In this document: positions 17,535 through 22,649 of the stretch, piece by piece | Layout: each line of letters opens with the position of its first letter | How positions within the stretch are numbered: position 1 is the stretch's first letter | NCBI GenBank assembly: GCA_002269645.1 | Contig: NIVC01005189.1 | Coordinates: 1-22,649, forward strand | DNA: 22,649 bases | From: Macrostomum lignano | Lineage: Eukaryota | Reading direction: 5' to 3' | The notes under the pieces: generated by a model | What the model saw: the letters and a program-made list of their open reading frames with translations, nothing else | What the model was told of the DNA's origin: nothing | The model's database searches: none | Program-made: the position numbers and the translations under genes

Positions 17535-17956
17535 AATTCGTGTCTTTAATTCATCACGAAAAAAGGGTGCTTGCTTTTAAATTATTTTGCAATACATTTC
17601 AGTTTCCATATATTTCAGCTTAAATGGATAAGCGTATAAATACTTTGATTTACTGTATAGTTTTTGAAAATTAGTCAATATATGTTTTTTGATTCGGAAT
17701 TTCACAAACAGAACAGTAAAACATTCCGAAAAAATTTTGTTTGTTAAAATGATTCAGTTTAGTTTTGATGAATTCATGACGTTTAGCATTGAGTGACTGA
17801 ATTTAGGTATGAAACTCCACCAGATTGGACAAATGAAGAGCAGGCAAACGCTGAAAATATCGCTCATAATTTTAATGAATTTCTAGTAGTAACCTAGTGC
17901 TTCATGAAATTCAATTGAATTCAGTTGCAAGCACTAAAAAGCATTCCAGGCTGCAA

Positions 17957-20900
17957 CTAAGTGACGTAAACTCCAGTCGCATCGAAAGCCTGAAAATTTG
18001 AGCACAATTATAACTCAGCCGATAAATATTTGTTATGTTGTACAGTAGTGCAAGTTACCTGCTCTGCAGAATCCCCTGTGTACTGATTTCCCATCCGCTG
18101 CATCTTCAACACCTCCTGGCCTGCCTTCGGAGGCTGCGGTCGGCAGGTTTTGTTGAACAACTTGCAGGCGAGGCCCAGCAAAGCAGTGCTTGCGACAGCG
18201 GCTAATGAAGATGCAGCACATAGAAGAGGCCGCTCCCAGACTCTTGCCAGCCTGCTGCCTGGTGATGGTTAGGAAATTTTATTGAGATTGAGCAGATTTT
18301 TCTGCGCATCAAATTGCTGTCACCGAACTCACCAGTATCAGGTTCGGGCAGCCGGAGCAGTGCGAATGTACCGTTGAACAAACGGCACCTAATAACCGAG
18401 CCTGCGATGGCAGACGGCTGTCGAAACACCGCCACGAACTGTGACGTCACTGAGCTGAGACAGCGCGAACCGCGAGGCCTCGATGCTTCCTATAAAGTTT
18501 CGAATATTTCGATCAGAAACTACATAAACAATCTGCTGAACAAACAATAAACAAACAAACAAACCATAAACACAGAGTTTAGGTTAGGATTTAGGCTAGG
18601 TATTAGGCCAGGTATCAGGTTAGGGTTTAAGTTAGGGTTGGAGCTTGGCTTTGTAGGGGTAGGTCGGCAGTCAATTGACGCACACTTCCTGCTCAATCAA
18701 ATCTTCAATTTTAACAACGCATTCTATGAGGCAACAAAACAACTTTGAAATCATCTGAAGTTGTCTATAGTATTAACTTCTAGACACAGACACCCACATG
18801 GAATTTAATCAGCACGAACCCGCTTCATCAGTGTCACTACTAGCGAGCTGTCATTGCTGGCCGTCCTCAGCTCGCACCTGTGTGTCGCACTGGGACAGGC
18901 TGACTCGGACACTGCACGGAACTGAATGACTCCGGTGAGGTGCCACAGCTCAGCTTGGATCACGTCAATCAATATGTGCTCTGGATCAGCTGTTAAATTC
19001 AAATAGTCGCCAAAAGTTTGTTTAAATTTGACAATTCAATTTACAATTACAACAGAACGTAAAATTTATACCTTTTGGAACGGAGACTGATTGAGCCAGA
19101 TTAGCCATGTCGTATCCATCAAATTTACAGGTGATAGTTCTGTAGCAGCTTTGGGCTCGGGGTATCGCTCCAAGAAACTTGTATGTAGTTGATGAAGATC
19201 TTGAGAGACTGCTGCCTATCAACTGCATGCGAATTTTCTCAGACCCGCCTCCACAGTCGCGATGCAGTCGACAATTTGCTGATGGAGTATTGTCGACGGA
19301 AGTTACCGACACAGCGAAGGAAGGACCAGCTGCACTGCTAGTCGTCCATTTCGAGAGATCCCACCGGATATCCGGAGCGTCTGAGTGGGAAAATATTGAA
19401 GCCTTATCGCCTCCTTTTCTTACCATTGATAATAATAATAACAATAATAATTGATTATATCTGCCCCAATCGGGCCAGATGTGCAACCGACAGCTCAGCC
19501 GCAGCTATTGCGCGGCGCTTCTGAAGGCTGCGTACGGCTGTTCAGTCCAAGGACTGTGGGGGGGGGGGTCGCCACACAATTTTCTCAGCTAATGCTGGCA
19601 CCCATTTTACAGCTGAGTGAACTGAAGCAATGCAGAGTTAAGTGTCTTGCTCAACGACACAAATTGTTCCGATTGGGTCGAGAGTCGAACCTCCGACCTT
19701 CAAATCACGAGTCAGACGCTCTAATCACTAGGCTACAACCCGCTTCTATATATTGATAAAGTAACCAGGGCATCAATATAAGGGCAATATGTTCTCTTTA
19801 CAGGAATGATTATTAAAATTTGTCACAGTTTGTGCTTGATTAGTTAAAACAAATTGTTATATAGACTAGGCAGTTGGCACTCACGGTTTTTAGTTAAGCG
19901 AAAGTCAAGTCGGTAGACTGAATTTACGAAAGCTAAGATGACACTGTGGTTGAACTGAAGCTGATAGCTAGGACTCTGGCCATGAACGATGTACCGGTAT
20001 AATTCAGGAAAACTGCTGTTTGGAACAGTGCCGTTAAAAATTCTGACACTGCCATACCGGTAACTGTTGCGATTTTCATCAATACGAGTTATTCTGATTT
20101 TTAACAAGAAGTTCTGGGGAACAACAAGGCTATAATATGTTCTGTAGCGGCGCTGTAACCGACGCAAAAACACCGCGGACTGAAACTGTGGATGAGTGGT
20201 CCGACTGCCGCTCTTCTGCCTGATGACTTCCGTAGCACCTGAGAAATGCAAGCGAGTATTCTTTGTTTGTTACCACCGAAATTGATGAGCATGCTATAGG
20301 AAAGCATTGAATGTGCCCTTACCTGGTATTGTTTGATTGCTTGTCTCATAGGTAAGCCGGAATCCCTGATCAGTGATGGAGCGGTCAATGACAAATCGAA
20401 TAACTACGGGACCGGTGAGCCAGAACTCTGATTGCAGCGAGTCGGGGCTGTTTACCCTAAAACTTTCTTCGTCACTGTTTAAATATGTCGTTATTCTCTC
20501 ATAGATTCGAACACTGTCGCAGCAGCGTCGAAGTTGCAGTCGACTGAATTTGATAATCACAGACAGATTCGAGTCGATGGTCCACATGATTCCAAAGTTG
20601 CTGTCGTAAACTTTACCAATCGTGTCCAAACCGCCCGGTAGATAGGAAACGACTCCAGACTTTGAGCTCAGAATAGAACGGCTCTCTTTTGCAGCTGTTA
20701 AAAATAATAAAATGATCAAGCACTCAACCCTTCTCAAGCAGTAGCCATTCCCTTTAAAACACCACAGCTCACTTACTTATACTGAATTTAAACTCAAATC
20801 CAGGTCTGACTACTCCAGAATCAGTCGAAAAAATGAAGGTGACACTGTGCTGAAACTTATAGAAAGGTAAGCTGAGGCTTCGATTGCCGGATAACTCCAG

Positions 20901-21770
20901 CATTGCATAACGGTTTTGATGCGGTATCAGACCACGATAAGTATTTAGTTTGTCACTCCATTGTTGTGTAATAAATTTAGTAAATTGAACCAAAACTTCA
21001 TAGTTAGAAGGCACGAATATGCTCCAGCATTTTCGGTAGTTATTGGCATAGTCTTCATCCCCAGGGTGGCTCTTTCTGACGCCAATATTTTGTCTGATGA
21101 TCTCAGCGGCGGCTGCAAATCGTTTGGAAGCAAACCAATACGTTATTCGTCTCTTAGAGCAAATATTTACAGCTCAGCAAGTTCAGCAAGGTAAAGTGTG
21201 GATTCAACAGTTAAAAGCTAAAATACAAAATTTTGTCTTTTCAAATGAGTAGTTAAATTTGTAATCAGCTAGTATCTTACCCGGAATCGATTCACTCCGA
21301 GTCTGGTAATTAAGCTCGAATCCAGTTCCCGTACGAGAGCCACCAGTCCTCTGAAACCTCACAACGAACGGTGCAGTCAGCCATAACTCGGAGTCAATGA
21401 CGTCAGAGTACCTTAGCCTGAACCTCTCCGTGCTCTCTAAGGCTGAGCTGGTATTTTCATAAATTGAAACTCTGTCACAGCAACTATTCACATCGAGCTT
21501 GGTGAACTTGATCATCTTCACTCCGCTTGATTGCACAGTCCAGGACACACTCATGTAGCTTGAGCTGGACTGGCATGAAATCGTTCCGCTAGGTGAGTAG
21601 ACAGTGCCTCCTGAGCAGGAAGCTGCAATACCAAAGTGAAATACTAATTATTTCTTTAATATTCGATCGGAAATGTGTAAAGTTTGACCAGCAAGATTTT
21701 AATTACCAGCAGCTAGTTGTAGCCTGAATATTAAAGTAAGAATGGCAATGTAGCAGGTGGCTGCTTGCAT
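17957..21770 (-). CDS. Predicted type I membrane glycoprotein: signal peptide + 4 degenerate CUB domains + 2 degenerate Ig-like domains + TM + short cytoplasmic tail; 10 exons, 778 aa
   Basis: Exons (minus): 21770-21707, 21622-21281, 21112-20777, 20694-20323, 20238-19885, 19380-19072, 18989-18820, 18489-18333, 18258-18059, 17989-17957. They sum to 2337 nt with no stop and compatible phases (domain exons are phase 1-1); six of the nine introns are 69-84 nt. Signal peptide MQAATCYIAILTLIFRLQLAAA. CUB-like patterns: CSGG..GTI..W...IKF...CCD.V.IY...VRF...GF.L.Y and SHP...YANNY.CWSI.VP...V.F..F...TDSG...GF. TM LLCAASSLAAVASTALLGLAC followed by KLFNK. The donor at 18819 (gttcgt) and the last exon are the least certain. 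Confidence 0.75.
18579..18640 (+). repeat. Short degenerate TTAGG(G)-like tract in a CUB-Ig gene intron
   Basis: ttaggttaggatttaggctaggtattaggccaggtatcaggttagggtttaagttagggttgg; only two perfect TTAGGG. Confidence 0.45.
19428..19748 (-). mobile_element. tRNA-derived CORE-domain (MIR-like) SINE with (TTA)n tail, in intron 5 of the CUB-Ig gene
   Basis: On the minus strand: A-box-like tagcctagtgattag (19735-19721) and B-box ggttcgactc (19691-19682). On the + strand, cccattttacagctgagtgaactgaagcaatgcagagttaagtgtcttgctcaa (19601-19654) closely resembles the MIR CORE pattern cccattttacagatgaggaaactgagg...gaggttaagtgacttgcccaa (recalled, not searched). Simple-repeat tail at 19428-19452. Confidence 0.8.
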
Positions 21771-22318
21771 TTTTCCAAGAAATTAGAAATTTTGATTACT
21801 AAAATTCAACTCTTTAAGTTTTCCATTGAAATGCAGCTAAATATGTTTTAATATGCGGAGCTGCGATATAACAAGGTATGTATTATTATAATATAACTAT
21901 TGTATACATTTCAAGGCCAGAACGTTAATGGTAAAAGTGGCATTTTGTATCAAATTAAGCAGCTTTTGTCTTGTTTTCAAACTGATTAGCCTTAAATATG
22001 GTTATACTGAGGCAATTTTTAGACTTCAAATAAACAAATTTGACAAACATATGAACAGAAAATTTCTATATATATATAACGTAGCTCGATAATATCAGGT
22101 TTGAACTCGTAGTTTCTGTTTATCCAGGCAAACTCTAATTCTGCAGATAGCAGAATTTAACAAACTTTATTGGTCAACTTAAACCAACTGAGTTAAATTT
22201 AACCATCTCAATGGCAATTAATAAGGTTTTGTAAATTTTGACTCTTGCTCTTAAAGACGATCTCTAACTGCGAAGACCCAAGTCTAGATAATTTTAAACC
22301 GACAAATTATTGCATATT

Positions 22319-22470
22319 TAGTGTTGGGCACAATTCCGATTCTCCGATACTCCGATCGACGATACCTTTTGGGTATGGGAGTATCGGAACTCGATACTTT
22401 TTTAATCTGACTTCGGTAACTTCCGATAATATTTTCAAAGTTTTCTCCGATAGTCGATACTTTTAAAATT
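22319..22470. mobile_element. Possible fragment of a non-autonomous DNA element with repeated (c)cgata(c) submotifs
   Basis: Starts tagtgttgggc (resembles some DNA-transposon ends), then many ccgat/cgatac words. No matching opposite terminus was found in the window. Confidence 0.25.
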
Positions 22471-22649
22471 TTGAGCCTGCAAACAATCAAAACTTCGTTA
22501 AAATTAATGAAATAGTTGCGTAATTTCAGAGAAATTAAAATTATTACTTTTTTTTAGGTCAATGAAGCTAAAATTTAATTAATATTTCGTCCCTAAAATT
22601 GTTTTTTAGAACTTTTTAAAATTGCCTGCGCCATATATACTTTATCAAT

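Noticed and set aside
19381-19486. N-terminal part of ORF 19022-19486 (MHIWPD...LLLLLLL) as a signal or TM segment
   Set aside because: The poly-Leu comes from the SINE (TTA)n tail; the real exon begins at the acceptor at 19380.
19675-19745. tRNA-like sequence with A and B boxes
   Set aside because: No convincing acceptor or anticodon stems and it continues into a CORE domain; called as a SINE head, not a tRNA gene.

Overview
Eukaryotic (invertebrate-looking) genomic DNA with GT-AG introns; the host species cannot be established from the sequence. Four spliced genes were reconstructed by hand. (1) ALDH7A1/antiquitin (+, 45..5207, 5' end outside the window); its reading frame is broken by 7 indels. 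(2) An intact Aurora kinase (+, 7201..9865, 332 aa) with an Aurora-B-like specificity residue. (3) An intact but divergent G-alpha-s-family subunit (-, 13410..15761, 393 aa). (4) A 10-exon gene not visible as a single ORF (-, 17957..21770, 778 aa) predicted to encode a type I membrane glycoprotein: signal peptide, 4 degenerate CUB domains in an A-B-A'-B' pattern, 2 degenerate Ig-like domains, a TM helix and a short tail. Each long intron of ALDH7A1 and Aurora carries its own tandem repeat, and several repeat units copy the sequence of their own splice junction. The window also holds an inverted, decayed Aurora exon fragment (~11.8 kb) and a tRNA-derived CORE (MIR-like) SINE in the CUB gene. 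No CRISPR array, rRNA or true tRNA gene was found. All homology calls come from motif recognition by eye; no database search was run.
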